Positions 16,125-25,478 are shown, numbered from the stretch's first letter. The stretch: DNA of 64,000 nt from Candidatus Moraniibacteriota bacterium (GCA_041596615.1 JBFHIG010000006.1:145-64144), one strand, 5' to 3'. A program made the numbers and translations. The notes: a model not told the origin generated them from the sequence alone.

Positions 16125-17129
16125 ATGCAACGAATAAACTACAAAGCATTCATAGAAGACAACTTCTCAATTAAAACGAGAAAAGGAGAAATAATCCCCT
16201 TTATTTTCAACACATTTCAGAATGCCTATTATTATCTGCTGATAAATGATTATCCAACAATGGAAAATCTTAGAGAAAATGTTTTAAAAGCACGTCAGCA
16301 AGGGGCTTCATCTCTAATCGATGCGATAATCACAACTGACTTTATTCTCTCAGCACTAGGAGACATCCCAGTTATTGGCTCACAGATAATTTCACATAAA
16401 GCACAAGAAGTTAAGCCGCTATTCTCAAGAATAGATCTGTACATCGATTCATTCCTTCATAAAAACAAAATTCAACGTAAAAGATTTTTAAAGTTTGATA
16501 ACCATAGCACCTACATGGAAGCGCACTCAGGTGCTGAAATCTTTGTTGGAACAGCAGGAGCAAAGACACTCGGACGAGGAGGAACATTGCAGAACATTCA
16601 CTGGTCAGAGCCAGCATTTTATCCTAATACACCAGTTCTAAATGCTAAGGATTTAGTAACAGGAGCGGAACAACAAGTCGGTGAAGGAATTGGAAAGATA
16701 TTCCGTGAATCAACCGGGAACACTCCGAGAGATTTCTTTGGCCAAGAGTATGCTAGAGGCAAGGAATGTTTAGGAGATTTTAAATCAAGATTCTTCCCCT
16801 GGTATTTGGAGAAATCATACACAAGAGCGATACCTAATGACCCACAAGAAAGAGCAAAAGTTTTCACACCAGAGTATGAGGCTAAGATGCAGAAATATAA
16901 AATAACACCCGAACAGATCTATTGGTATATCAAAAAGATTGAATCAAGAATGTCTAAACATGGCCAAGAGGAAGAGACTAGGGATGTTCTAACAATCAAA
17001 AGGGAATATCCATTTGATGACACAGATGCATTCTTGATGAGTGGTGACTGTTACTTTGATAGAAATGCTTTGAAGTTTTATAAGAATGAAGTCAGAGAGC
17101 CAATAACTGAGGGAGTTCTAATAATTTAA
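16125..17129 (+). CDS. terminase large subunit, ATPase domain (N-terminal piece of a split TerL)
   Basis: Walker A-like VLKARQQGASS, Walker B-like LQNIHWSE, coupling motif ESTGN and a REYPFDDTDAF region typical of TerL ATPase domains. The ORF stops where the inter-domain linker is expected. Confidence 0.7.
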   Translation: MQRINYKAFIEDNFSIKTRKGEIIPFIFNTFQNAYYYLLINDYPTMENLRENVLKARQQGASSLIDAIITTDFILSALGDIPVIGSQIISHKAQEVKPLFSRIDLYIDSFLHKNKIQRKRFLKFDNHSTYMEAHSGAEIFVGTAGAKTLGRGGTLQNIHWSEPAFYPNTPVLNAKDLVTGAEQQVGEGIGKIFRESTGNTPRDFFGQEYARGKECLGDFKSRFFPWYLEKSYTRAIPNDPQERAKVFTPEYEAKMQKYKITPEQIYWYIKKIESRMSKHGQEEETRDVLTIKREYPFDDTDAFLMSGDCYFDRNALKFYKNEVREPITEGVLII

Positions 17130-17199
17130 TTCGTAAAAAGTAAAAATGAATGTAAAAGAGAAATTAAATCACAGATAGAAAAATTAAAACAATAACCAA

Positions 17200-17379
17200 A
17201 TGGGAAAAGTTCAAAAACTAAGAAAACAAAGAAAAGACGCGCGAAAGGAATACAGGAAAGCAGCTGAAGCTTTCGAGAAAAGATTACGCCCACAAGATTT
17301 TTTAAAGGAAAGACCAAAATTCTTTTTATTCAGATGGATATTTAATGTTTGTGCCTTTATTGTTTTAAAGAAAAAATAA
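17200..17379 (+). CDS. small basic/hydrophobic ORF inserted between the two TerL pieces
   Basis: 59-aa ORF read by hand (MGKVQKLRKQRKDARKEY...FRWIFNVCAFIVLKKK). Its TAA (17377-17379) overlaps the ATG (17379-17381) of the nuclease piece. Confidence 0.35.
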   Translation: MGKVQKLRKQRKDARKEYRKAAEAFEKRLRPQDFLKERPKFFLFRWIFNVCAFIVLKKK

Positions 17380-18062
17380 TGCTAAATGGAAAACTAAAAC
17401 AATTTAGAAAGTTAGATGTCGGAGAGCTTTTCTTTGTGGCAGTTGATTGCGCGCAAGGTGGAGCTGACAACAACATTGGACAGTTTCTTTCGCGCAAAAA
17501 GATTGATGTTCCTCTAGTCTATGAGAATAGGGGAGTGGCATCAACAATGACTCCGGACATCTTTGCAATTCTCGAGATGATCTATGATGTTACAAAAGTT
17601 GCTCCATGGGTTGCATTTGAAAGAAATATGGGAGGTGCTAGTGAAATGGACAGGTTAAATAGTATGAATATCAACAAGAAGTTTAGAATATGGAACATGC
17701 CAATATTCGGGAAAGAAAATGAGAAGAAAATGAGTGATGGGCAAAGACAAGAACATTCAAACAAGCTTGGATGGGATACGACTAGTCAATCAAGGCCTGT
17801 TCTAGTTGGAGACTTAAAAAATGCAGTAGATTCAAGGGCAATCACAATATATGAGCAGGAAACAATTGATGAACTTTATAGTTTTATCATATCAAACAGT
17901 GGGAAGCCTGAGGCTGAATATAACGCTCATGATGATAGAATAATACCTTTGGGAATATGTTGGCAGATGTTTCAAAGAATAACTCCTGATATTCAAAAGA
18001 AAGCCGATTACTCTCAATACGAAAACCATAAACAAGAAATATATTACAATCCTTTAGGTTAA
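17379..18062 (+). CDS. terminase large subunit, RNase-H-like nuclease domain (C-terminal piece of a split TerL)
   Basis: FFVAVDCAQGGADN (first catalytic Asp region) and NAHDDRIIPLG (distal Asp) fit the TerL nuclease fold. The listed alternative start is 17349. Confidence 0.65.
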   Translation: MLNGKLKQFRKLDVGELFFVAVDCAQGGADNNIGQFLSRKKIDVPLVYENRGVASTMTPDIFAILEMIYDVTKVAPWVAFERNMGGASEMDRLNSMNINKKFRIWNMPIFGKENEKKMSDGQRQEHSNKLGWDTTSQSRPVLVGDLKNAVDSRAITIYEQETIDELYSFIISNSGKPEAEYNAHDDRIIPLGICWQMFQRITPDIQKKADYSQYENHKQEIYYNPLG

Positions 18063-18063
18063 G

Positions 18064-18390
18064 ATGAATAAAAACGAAAATCAAAACTTAAATCAATTAG
18101 CATGTTTGGACAAGCACCTGTCTAACACTTGTTTTGGTTCTATCCCTGTTAGATTTCAAATGCACAATAATAAAATTGTGAAAGTTTTTGGAAAGAAAGT
18201 TCTGAAAAAGACATTCCCAAAAAAAGTTGGTGCTTCAGAAGCCGGGCTAAGGATACTTTCATTTTTAAAGAAATGTGATGAGGAAAAAGACAGTGGAGAG
18301 ATCTCTTTTAAGTTTTGTTTAACGAAAGGAAAAGTTGATGGAGTTTTGATCGAGAGCGAATTGGAGCTTGATTTTAATGACATAGTTTGA
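18064..18390 (+). CDS. hypothetical phage protein
   Basis: 108-aa ORF that starts 2 nt after the TerL stop. Confidence 0.45.
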   Translation: MNKNENQNLNQLACLDKHLSNTCFGSIPVRFQMHNNKIVKVFGKKVLKKTFPKKVGASEAGLRILSFLKKCDEEKDSGEISFKFCLTKGKVDGVLIESELELDFNDIV

Positions 18391-18466
18391 CACAGTTTCA
18401 GATTAGAGTTATTATGAATGTAGAAATTTAATAGTCTTCTCACCGCCAATTATTTGGCATCGAGCG

Positions 18467-18498
18467 ACGCATACGTTTTTTAACGTGTGCGTTTTTTT
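18467..18498 (+). terminator. intrinsic terminator upstream of the portal gene
   Basis: ACGCATACGTT / AACGTGTGCGT: an 11-bp stem with one G-U pair, a TTTT loop, then T7. Confidence 0.6.
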
Positions 18499-18501
18499 GT
18501 T

Positions 18502-20307
18502 ATGCAAAAAATGAAGAAAAAAGAAATTAAAAAAGAAGCAGAGGAAATTGTTAAGAACCTAGTCGTTGAAGACAAGGTAGAAAAGCAATTTACTACAGCA
18601 GAAACTGCTCATAAAGAAGTTAGAGATAACAGTGATTTTCCTTGGACTGAGAGAGATAGTCTTTTTCGTGGTAAATATAAAAATCCTCAAGAGCCAACTA
18701 AATCAATCTATTCTACTGGTGAGCTTACAAACCTTGCAATCGATTCAACATGTAGAGTTATGGCTCAGATGCCATCAGGTAGATTCCAGAACTTTAACGG
18801 AAAGACCGGAGCAAATATGTTAATGAATCTTCTTTTTGAACATTATGTGATTCCTAATGCTACTAGCGGAGGACCACTTTTACTTAAAAAGAGATTGGTT
18901 AATCTCTGGTCAAATGTTTTCCCAGGAGTTCCAGTTTTTATTGATTGGATAGTAGATAAAAAGAGGGGATACATTGGTCCGGATATGATTCTTCTTCACC
19001 CTCGCAGATTTAGACCTCAACCAGGAAAAATTGCCATTGAAGATATGGATTATTGTTTTATTGATACTGATGTATCAAGAGAATGGCTTGAGAGCAGAAA
19101 CAAAGAATATTGGAAAAATATTGATGAAGTAATCAATGAATACGACAAGGAAGACGAAGGAAGCGGAACACCAGAAGAAGACAGGTCTCCAAATGAAAAA
19201 GGAAAGACCAAAACAGGAATAACAATCCGTCACAAACTATCTTCAAACGGAGACTGGCTTGTGTTTGATGTTGCATCCAAGAAAGTTCTTTTGGATGAGG
19301 AAAATTATTTTCCTGGAATTCCTATAGCAATTAAAAGGCAATTCCCAACACTAGATGAGCTCTGGTCAATAACAAATTTTGACAGAGGTCAAACAGGGCA
19401 AAAATCTATAGACACTATAACTAGATTAACTTTGGATGGAGTGGATATGTCAATCAATCCTCCCGCAACAATGGACCCTGATCAGGTTGTTTTGTCATCA
19501 ATAGTTAGACAACCAAAAGCTAAATGGTTTGTTAAGAATGGAGCTGTTGATGCAATCCACATGCAAAATGTTAGTCCTCAAGGATTAAGCACATTTCAAG
19601 GAGTATATGGAACTTTAAAGGCAAATTTACTTTCACAGGGAGCTAGTTCTGATACATCTATTGCTAAATCAGTTGATGCAGGATTTGGTAAAACACCAGA
19701 AGCTTTGAAGATGCAAGGCGAGAGACAAGGCGCTCGTGATGTTTGGGATTCATATATGCAAGAGATTTTTTCAACAAGAGTCTATGAAATTATGGCAAAT
19801 ATGATTGCTAAAAAAGGTATAAAGAAATTTGCATTTCAACTACTAGGAACTTCTATTCAAAGAATTAAAGATCAATATCCTGATTCAGAAATAGATAAGT
19901 TGGTGACTAAAGACGACAGTGAAATATTAGAGATAGATCCAGAAGAAATTAGAGGTCAATACAGATACATATATGATTCAGGAAGTACTGGAATGAAGAA
20001 AGACGATACTGGAGATAAGCTTATTGGAATCCTTAAGCTTTACTCGGAAAACGAACAAATTAAAGAAGATTTAGCAAGAGCAGGTAAGAAAGTTGATTTC
20101 GGAGAGGCATTTAAAAGGATTGTTCTTGATCAAGGAATCCAAGATGCTGAGAAGATTATTGTCGATGCTCAAAACCCAGAAAGTATTGAGGGTATAGGAA
20201 ATGAAGGAGCGACTATCCAACAGGACAACGTGGAACAAGAGCCAGTATATGAGGATGTGCAACAACCAGTTGAGATGCCTGAACAACAATTAATGCAACA
20301 ACAATGA
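18502..20307 (+). CDS. portal protein (by size and position)
   Basis: A ~600-aa protein directly after the terminase, with an acidic Q/E-rich C-terminus. The ATG at 18502 is preferred because the listed GTG at 18487 lies inside the terminator hairpin. Confidence 0.6.
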   Translation: MQKMKKKEIKKEAEEIVKNLVVEDKVEKQFTTAETAHKEVRDNSDFPWTERDSLFRGKYKNPQEPTKSIYSTGELTNLAIDSTCRVMAQMPSGRFQNFNGKTGANMLMNLLFEHYVIPNATSGGPLLLKKRLVNLWSNVFPGVPVFIDWIVDKKRGYIGPDMILLHPRRFRPQPGKIAIEDMDYCFIDTDVSREWLESRNKEYWKNIDEVINEYDKEDEGSGTPEEDRSPNEKGKTKTGITIRHKLSSNGDWLVFDVASKKVLLDEENYFPGIPIAIKRQFPTLDELWSITNFDRGQTGQKSIDTITRLTLDGVDMSINPPATMDPDQVVLSSIVRQPKAKWFVKNGAVDAIHMQNVSPQGLSTFQGVYGTLKANLLSQGASSDTSIAKSVDAGFGKTPEALKMQGERQGARDVWDSYMQEIFSTRVYEIMANMIAKKGIKKFAFQLLGTSIQRIKDQYPDSEIDKLVTKDDSEILEIDPEEIRGQYRYIYDSGSTGMKKDDTGDKLIGILKLYSENEQIKEDLARAGKKVDFGEAFKRIVLDQGIQDAEKIIVDAQNPESIEGIGNEGATIQQDNVEQEPVYEDVQQPVEMPEQQLMQQQ

Positions 20308-20630
20308 ACGCAAAAGAGATAAAAAAACTCCATAAATTGATTGATGGAAGGATAAAAGAAATAAGCCAAGAATTTTTAGAAAAAAAGGATGATAATCTTG
20401 CTGATTTAGCAAATCACGAAGGGTGGAAAGTTTTAAGACAAGTTATGGAGGATATGCTTTATGAACTTTTGACTCCAATCGGAATAGAATCTACGGGAAC
20501 TTTAGAAGTTCTTGCAATTGTTAATGAGTCACGCAAAAGCAAGATAGAAATACTTAAAACAATTTTGGCATTAGTGGAGTCAACTAGCCAAGCAAAATTA
20601 ATTATGAAAAAAGAATCACCAGAAGATTAA
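20304..20630 (+). CDS. hypothetical head-morphogenesis protein
   Basis: 108-aa ORF overlapping the portal stop by 4 nt. Confidence 0.45.
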   Translation: MNAKEIKKLHKLIDGRIKEISQEFLEKKDDNLADLANHEGWKVLRQVMEDMLYELLTPIGIESTGTLEVLAIVNESRKSKIEILKTILALVESTSQAKLIMKKESPED

Positions 20631-20720
20631 GATTCAGGAACTTCCAAGTAGGGGAGACTTGGGCGTTTCTGCATTAAGCAGGGCCAAAAATAGCATTCGT
20701 GCTACCTAATCGATAAGGTA

Positions 20721-21683
20721 TTGAAAATGAAACAAGAAGAAAACAAAACGCAAGATGACAGCGATAAGTCATCCGTAGAAGAAGTCAACAACGACTCGCA
20801 GACGGAAACTGCTGAAGAAAATATTGACGATGAAATTAGAGATGCCATTGGTGAACACAACATTCCTGCTTCTGATAATACAGAAGAAAAAACCAATGAC
20901 AAAGAGGACACGACAGATCCTAATGAAAAAGAGGAAACTGTTCTGGAAAAGCCAACAGAAAATGCTGGCAATGATATAGAGCAAGGTGAAAGCCTTGAAT
21001 CTCAAAGAGAGAAGCCTGAGGCTTCAGAGCCTGGACGACTTGAAAAGAGAATTGCCAAAATCTATATCAATAACCAACTTTTACAAGGCGAAGAAGATGT
21101 TCCTGATTTAAATGAAGTTGCCAGAATGATTTCTGGTAATTCAATTAAAGAAAAAAAGGAAGCACTTCATAGATTGTTAGCTCAAAACAAAGTTCTTCGA
21201 AGAGGAGAACGCGATGATGAAGGCAATTTAGATGATGCTGAAACAACTGAACTCAGCCCAGAGGACCATGAGGCGTTGATTGAAGCTGAAGCCGAACAAA
21301 GACTTCAGGAAATGCAGTCAGACATCGATGAGCGCGACTTTCAAGATGATCTTGTAAAAACGGTTGAATCCCATCCAGAACTTGATGAGAACTCCAAGGA
21401 ATATAACCAAAAAATTGGAGATGCAGTCGAAAAATTAGTACTCAAAGGAATGAAATGTTCCGATGCTTATGATTTAGTGACTGATTCAATCAATAAAATC
21501 ACAAAAGAGGAAGAAGATAATCAAGAAATTGATAAACAAGAAGCTCTTTCAGGTTCTATTGGTTCATCTAATACACAGGTTAAATCCGAGAATCTCACAT
21601 GGGAAAAAATGGAAAAAATCCGGGAAAGTGACCCAGCACTTTTTGAAAAAATGGTGAATGAAGGGAATGTTCCGCAGGATTAA
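20721..21683 (+). CDS. scaffolding protein (acidic, helical)
   Basis: 320 aa, strongly Asp/Glu-rich and predicted helical, located between the portal and the capsid gene. Confidence 0.55.
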   Translation: MKMKQEENKTQDDSDKSSVEEVNNDSQTETAEENIDDEIRDAIGEHNIPASDNTEEKTNDKEDTTDPNEKEETVLEKPTENAGNDIEQGESLESQREKPEASEPGRLEKRIAKIYINNQLLQGEEDVPDLNEVARMISGNSIKEKKEALHRLLAQNKVLRRGERDDEGNLDDAETTELSPEDHEALIEAEAEQRLQEMQSDIDERDFQDDLVKTVESHPELDENSKEYNQKIGDAVEKLVLKGMKCSDAYDLVTDSINKITKEEEDNQEIDKQEALSGSIGSSNTQVKSENLTWEKMEKIRESDPALFEKMVNEGNVPQD

Positions 21684-21705
21684 TAACTTGCGATAATAAA
21701 TTAAA

Positions 21706-22851
21706 ATGGATAATTACGGAACTACGAAAACCGCGATTAAATTTATGACGAAAGCACTAGCAGTGTTTTTCCGAACAAGTTTTTTCGACATGGTTACAAA
21801 CAAAGATTTTGAGACCCCTTCGGATGACAATCCAAAGACTACGAAATCTATTAAAAGAAAAGACCAGGATTTTAAAATTACAACTTTGTATTCTAATGGT
21901 TGGAAAAGTTATTCTGGTGGAGCTTTAAGTTTTACAAAAATTAAGGAAGTTGTGTCAACATTGACAATCAATGCCTTTCTTTCATTGGAAGACGAAATTG
22001 CTTCTTTGGCTGCATTTGCTTCATCTCTTGATGACCCAGAGTCAACGATTGTTACCCAAGCTGGTGATAAATTGAAGAAATCTCTTTGCCAGGTTATTCC
22101 TGGAATGTATGGTGATGTTGCTGCAGGAAATTGGATTGGAACAAGCTATGCAACTGGAACTGTTACTGTAACTGTAACTACCGGTGCTGTTGTTGGAGTT
22201 GGAACAACTTTTACAGCTTCTATGGTTGGAAAACCTTTCAAGGCTGTAGGTCATTCTGCTTGGTACAGAGTTAAAACATTTACCGATACTACTCATATTG
22301 TTATTGAAAATGATAGTGATGATTTAGCTTCTGCTTATGATGGAGGTGCAATCGCTGGTGCTGCTTTTGAGATTCAAGGAAATACAAAAGTTGCTATCAC
22401 GAAGTCTACTATTATGCAATACATCAATACAATGGCTGAGGTATTAAATGATCAAGAAATTCCAGATGATGGAAATAGATGGTTGTTAATCCCAGCTAAA
22501 GCAAAAACTGTTTTGCTTAGTGCTCCTGAAGTTAATGTTGATATTGAAAGAGTTCATGGTGCTGTTGTCGAAAAAGGACACGTTGCTAATGCAGGTGGAT
22601 TTAAAATCATTACAGCTCCAACAAGTTGGTTTACTGGTGATAATACAAATGGTTACTACATAGTTGGTGGTCACAAGTCATTTATTACTGCTGGACGAGG
22701 ATTTATTGAACCAATCAATATTATCCCAGCTAAGGACAACCAGAGCGGATATGGAACCCTTATCAAAGGACTATTCGGATATGGAGTTAAAGTTGCTGAT
22801 GAGAGAAGAAAAGCAGGTGTTAACATGCTTGCAACTTTCAGTATCTCTTAG
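21706..22851 (+). CDS. major capsid protein (by position and size)
   Basis: 381 aa following the scaffold, and itself followed by a very stable hairpin. No enzymatic motif. Confidence 0.6.
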   Translation: MDNYGTTKTAIKFMTKALAVFFRTSFFDMVTNKDFETPSDDNPKTTKSIKRKDQDFKITTLYSNGWKSYSGGALSFTKIKEVVSTLTINAFLSLEDEIASLAAFASSLDDPESTIVTQAGDKLKKSLCQVIPGMYGDVAAGNWIGTSYATGTVTVTVTTGAVVGVGTTFTASMVGKPFKAVGHSAWYRVKTFTDTTHIVIENDSDDLASAYDGGAIAGAAFEIQGNTKVAITKSTIMQYINTMAEVLNDQEIPDDGNRWLLIPAKAKTVLLSAPEVNVDIERVHGAVVEKGHVANAGGFKIITAPTSWFTGDNTNGYYIVGGHKSFITAGRGFIEPINIIPAKDNQSGYGTLIKGLFGYGVKVADERRKAGVNMLATFSIS

Positions 22852-22866
22852 TTTTTGTTGTTATTT

Positions 22867-22888
22867 CTTGACCCTTCGCGGGGTCAAG
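22867..22888 (+). terminator. stable GC-rich hairpin after the capsid gene (terminator/mRNA stabiliser; no clear T-run)
   Basis: CTTGACCC-TTCGCG-GGGTCAAG, an 8-bp stem. Confidence 0.45.
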
Positions 22889-22919
22889 GTTATGGCAATA
22901 ATAATTAAATAATAAAGTC

Positions 22920-23249
22920 ATGAATCCACAGGATCAAAAAATGCTAGATGATATTCTAGCAAAAAACAAAAATTCTCTAACAATGGAAGATTTAAATGTG
23001 CTTCGAGCGAGAAGAGATTATCTAACTGAAGCTCAAGTTAAGGAATATGGAGTTGAAGAAGAAGCTCCAAAAAAACCAGAAACTGGTAATGACGAAGGTA
23101 AAGATGAAAGCATCGATTTAGAAGAGCTAAAGAGCGAGTTAGAAAAAATGACAGTCAAAGAACTCCAGGATGTATGTAAGGAATCAAAAATAGAATATAC
23201 CGGAAATAAGACTCAACTCATCAATCGTATATTAGGACAGAATAAATAG
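22920..23249 (+). CDS. small phage protein with C-terminal SAP/HeH-like motif
   Basis: MTVKELQDVCKESKIEYTGNKTQLINRILG resembles a SAP/Rho-N-type helix-extended-helix. Confidence 0.45.
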   Translation: MNPQDQKMLDDILAKNKNSLTMEDLNVLRARRDYLTEAQVKEYGVEEEAPKKPETGNDEGKDESIDLEELKSELEKMTVKELQDVCKESKIEYTGNKTQLINRILGQNK

Positions 23250-23257
23250 ATACTAAT

Positions 23258-23291
23258 AAAAAACCGTTCTGATTTAAGTGAATGGTTTTTT
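23258..23291 (+). terminator. intrinsic terminator closing the head module
   Basis: AACCGTTC / GAATGGTT: an 8-bp stem with one G-U pair, followed by a T-run. Confidence 0.6.
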
Positions 23292-23365
23292 ATTATAGAT
23301 TTTTTTTTATTAATATGTAATAATCAGTTTAGAGAAGAAATTTTAAAACAAATATAAAAATATTT

Positions 23366-23394
23366 TTGACAAATTATCTTATTGTTGATAGATT
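23366..23394 (+). promoter_or_regulatory. sigma-70-like promoter for the DUF4065 gene pair
   Basis: TTGACA (23366-23371), a 17-nt spacer, then TAGATT (23389-23394), within an AT-rich gene-free stretch. Confidence 0.45.
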
Positions 23395-23420
23395 TTATTG
23401 TTAATAATAACTATTAGGTC

Positions 23421-23867
23421 ATGAAAAATAAAACAATATCAGCTTCAGAAGTTGCAAAAGCGTTTCTTCTGTTGAGCCAGCCTGAAATTGGTGATGGGGT
23501 CACTAATCTGAAGTTGCAAAAACTCTTATACTATGCACAAGGATTTCATTTGGCTTTATATAAAAAACCACTTTTTGATGACCAAATTGTTGCTTGGGAA
23601 CATGGACCTGTTGTAAAAAAAGTATATGGTATCTATAAGAAAAATGGCGCTGGAATGATAGCTTTACCAAGAACTAAATCTTCTCTTGATGAAGAGCGAT
23701 TGGAATATATACAAAGGATATGGAAACTCTTTGGACAGTTTTCTGCATGGAAATTAAGAGATATGACTCATCAGGAAGATCCATGGAAAAACACTAGACA
23801 GTCAGATGTTATAAGTCATAAATCCATGCAATCGTTTTTTGAGACAAGAATTGAAAAAAGACCATGA
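23421..23867 (+). CDS. DUF4065 / Panacea-domain protein (SocA/GepA-like antitoxin candidate)
   Basis: VTNLKLQKLLYYAQGFHLALYKKPLFDDQIVAWEHGPVVKKVY follows the DUF4065 core pattern (KLQKLLYY-x-Q, W-x-x-GPV). Confidence 0.7.
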   Translation: MKNKTISASEVAKAFLLLSQPEIGDGVTNLKLQKLLYYAQGFHLALYKKPLFDDQIVAWEHGPVVKKVYGIYKKNGAGMIALPRTKSSLDEERLEYIQRIWKLFGQFSAWKLRDMTHQEDPWKNTRQSDVISHKSMQSFFETRIEKRP

Positions 23868-24301
23868 GCAACTGGATTAAGTCACCAGCATACAATCAGG
23901 ATGAGTATCATAAAGTAAAATACACAAAATCAACAAGTAGTTTGTCGGATAATACAGTTTTTTGTTTTAAAAAAATCGACAGTGAGTATGATGCAAACAT
24001 TCTTTGTAATAAGGGAGATAAGAAATTGCACAAAGCTTTTATTAAAAAAATTCAAATAATTTCCCAGTTGTCCATACAAGAAGTTCGTAGTTCAACCAGA
24101 ACAGGATGCGGATTTGAATTATTGGATGTAAAGTGTCTCAAAAAACCTTTACCTAATTCTGTTACAGAAGATGTTGAAAAGGTAAATGTATTTAGATTTG
24201 GTGGTAGAAAGGCTAGAATTATAGGCTACTATAGTGGTGGGAATGTCTTTCATGTATTATTTATAGATCCATTTTTAGATTTATATAATCATGGAAGTTG
24301 A
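23864..24301 (+). CDS. unknown 145-aa protein overlapping the DUF4065 gene; candidate cognate toxin
   Basis: ATGA overlap with the upstream gene. The C-terminus VFRFGGRKARIIGYYSGGNVFHVLFIDPFLDLYNH resembles the beta-strand core of RelE/ParE-like toxins. This is weak and pattern-based. Confidence 0.4.
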   Translation: MSNWIKSPAYNQDEYHKVKYTKSTSSLSDNTVFCFKKIDSEYDANILCNKGDKKLHKAFIKKIQIISQLSIQEVRSSTRTGCGFELLDVKCLKKPLPNSVTEDVEKVNVFRFGGRKARIIGYYSGGNVFHVLFIDPFLDLYNHGS

Positions 24302-24380
24302 CGGTAAATAAAATCACTGTTATAATGTAATTAAGGAATGAGGTGGCCCTCTTCTCCGAGTCGCGTTTGTAAAAACTTCG

Positions 24381-24469
24381 ACACCTAAAGCTGAGGTGTT
24401 TTTCTATATACAGAATCCCTAACAAGGGATTTTTTTGTTACAAAAAAACAGTCTAAATGGCTGTTTTTT
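24381..24469. terminator. cluster of three hairpin terminators between convergent accessory units
   Basis: ACACCT/AGGTGT plus a T-run (24381-24403). AATCCCT/AGGGATT plus T7 (24414-24437). A-run-ACAGTC/GGCTGT-T-run, bidirectional (24442-24469). Confidence 0.6.
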
Positions 24470-24481
24470 ATATAGGAAAAA

Positions 24482-25036
24482 TTATTGAAAATTTGCGCAA
24501 TAGTCATATATTTTCTGCCCAGAGTATTCGCTGATTGAATCATTTGCACTCTCAAAGGCATTCAATAAATCCTCATATGGGGGATAGTAGCCAAAGCCTG
24601 GTCTAGTTGCCTGGGACAGCGAAATCTCAGTAGAAACAATAATGCTTCTCAAGTCGTAAATTTCATTTTGTAAGGATTCAATACATAATTCGCTTTCACT
24701 TTCTAGCTCCTCTGTGTATTCAGAAGCATCTACCTCAGTAATTCTGTCATTCTCTGACTCGACATATTGCCTAGGTGCATCAGCTTCATCGTATGAATCA
24801 CTTACAAGAAGAAAAAAGAAGGCAAAAATCATTACTGCACCGAAAGACCAATAGATAAATTTAAATAGATGTTTTTTTCTAAACAAAGCAAATATTAGGA
24901 ATAAAAAAAGTAAAATAGAAATGGTGACCATTACAAAAGTATTTAATAAAGTAATTTGAACTATTGTAAACAACAAACAAAGTGCCAAAAAACCACTGAT
25001 CACTAAAAAAAATACGATTTTAAGAAATTTTTTCAT
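24482..25036 (-). CDS. polytopic membrane protein with acidic C-terminal domain, unknown function
   Basis: Three or four N-terminal TM helices followed by a ~100-aa Asp/Glu-rich soluble tail. It lies 2 nt downstream of the S26 peptidase gene on the minus strand. Confidence 0.55.
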   Translation of the reverse strand: MKKFLKIVFFLVISGFLALCLLFTIVQITLLNTFVMVTISILLFLFLIFALFRKKHLFKFIYWSFGAVMIFAFFFLLVSDSYDEADAPRQYVESENDRITEVDASEYTEELESESELCIESLQNEIYDLRSIIVSTEISLSQATRPGFGYYPPYEDLLNAFESANDSISEYSGQKIYDYCANFQ

Positions 25037-25038
25037 AA

Positions 25039-25455
25039 TTAATCCTTAAACATTATAGTACCCTCAACCTCAAATTCACCTGGGCAGAACCAGCCCCAGT
25101 CGCGAGAATCAGTGGACAGTTCATCTGTGTTGTCTCCCTCGAACCAAATACATCCATCGGAGTTTATCTCCTTGATTCTTTTAAGAAAACTAGTCTTTTG
25201 AGAGACGTCCTCATTGGTGTCAGCATCAGCTAATGATGACAATTTCAATATCATTATTTTCCCAGGCTCTGGTTCTGTATCAAATGGATTTACTAAGAGT
25301 ATCTCTCTATCTTTAATTGTCGGTTCCATAGAGTTACCATCGGAGTTTCCGATGAAATTAAAATGCACAAGTAACCGTAGTGAAATAAATAAAATTGCAA
25401 CACAAAAAACCGATATTACAAATAAACGAATAATTCTTTTGAGCTGGGTTTTCAT
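25039..25455 (-). CDS. phage-encoded S26-family signal peptidase I-like protein
   Basis: N-terminal TM helix, GNSMEPTI (catalytic Ser box), FLKRIKEI (Lys box) and WFEGDNTDELSTDSRDWG (box E). It is a paralogue of the host ORF 39104..39511. Confidence 0.75.
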   Translation of the reverse strand: MKTQLKRIIRLFVISVFCVAILFISLRLLVHFNFIGNSDGNSMEPTIKDREILLVNPFDTEPEPGKIMILKLSSLADADTNEDVSQKTSFLKRIKEINSDGCIWFEGDNTDELSTDSRDWGWFCPGEFEVEGTIMFKD

Positions 25456-25478
25456 AAGTAGTCTTATATTAACAAATT

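Noticed and set aside
17130-17378. Group I intron, intein or homing-endonuclease insertion splitting the large terminase
   Set aside because: The insert is only 250 bp, extremely AT-rich, and lacks obvious P-helix pairings. It interrupts the reading frame with stops (so not an intein), and the 59-aa ORF has no HNH/LAGLIDADG/GIY-YIG motif. It is kept as a split-gene finding instead.
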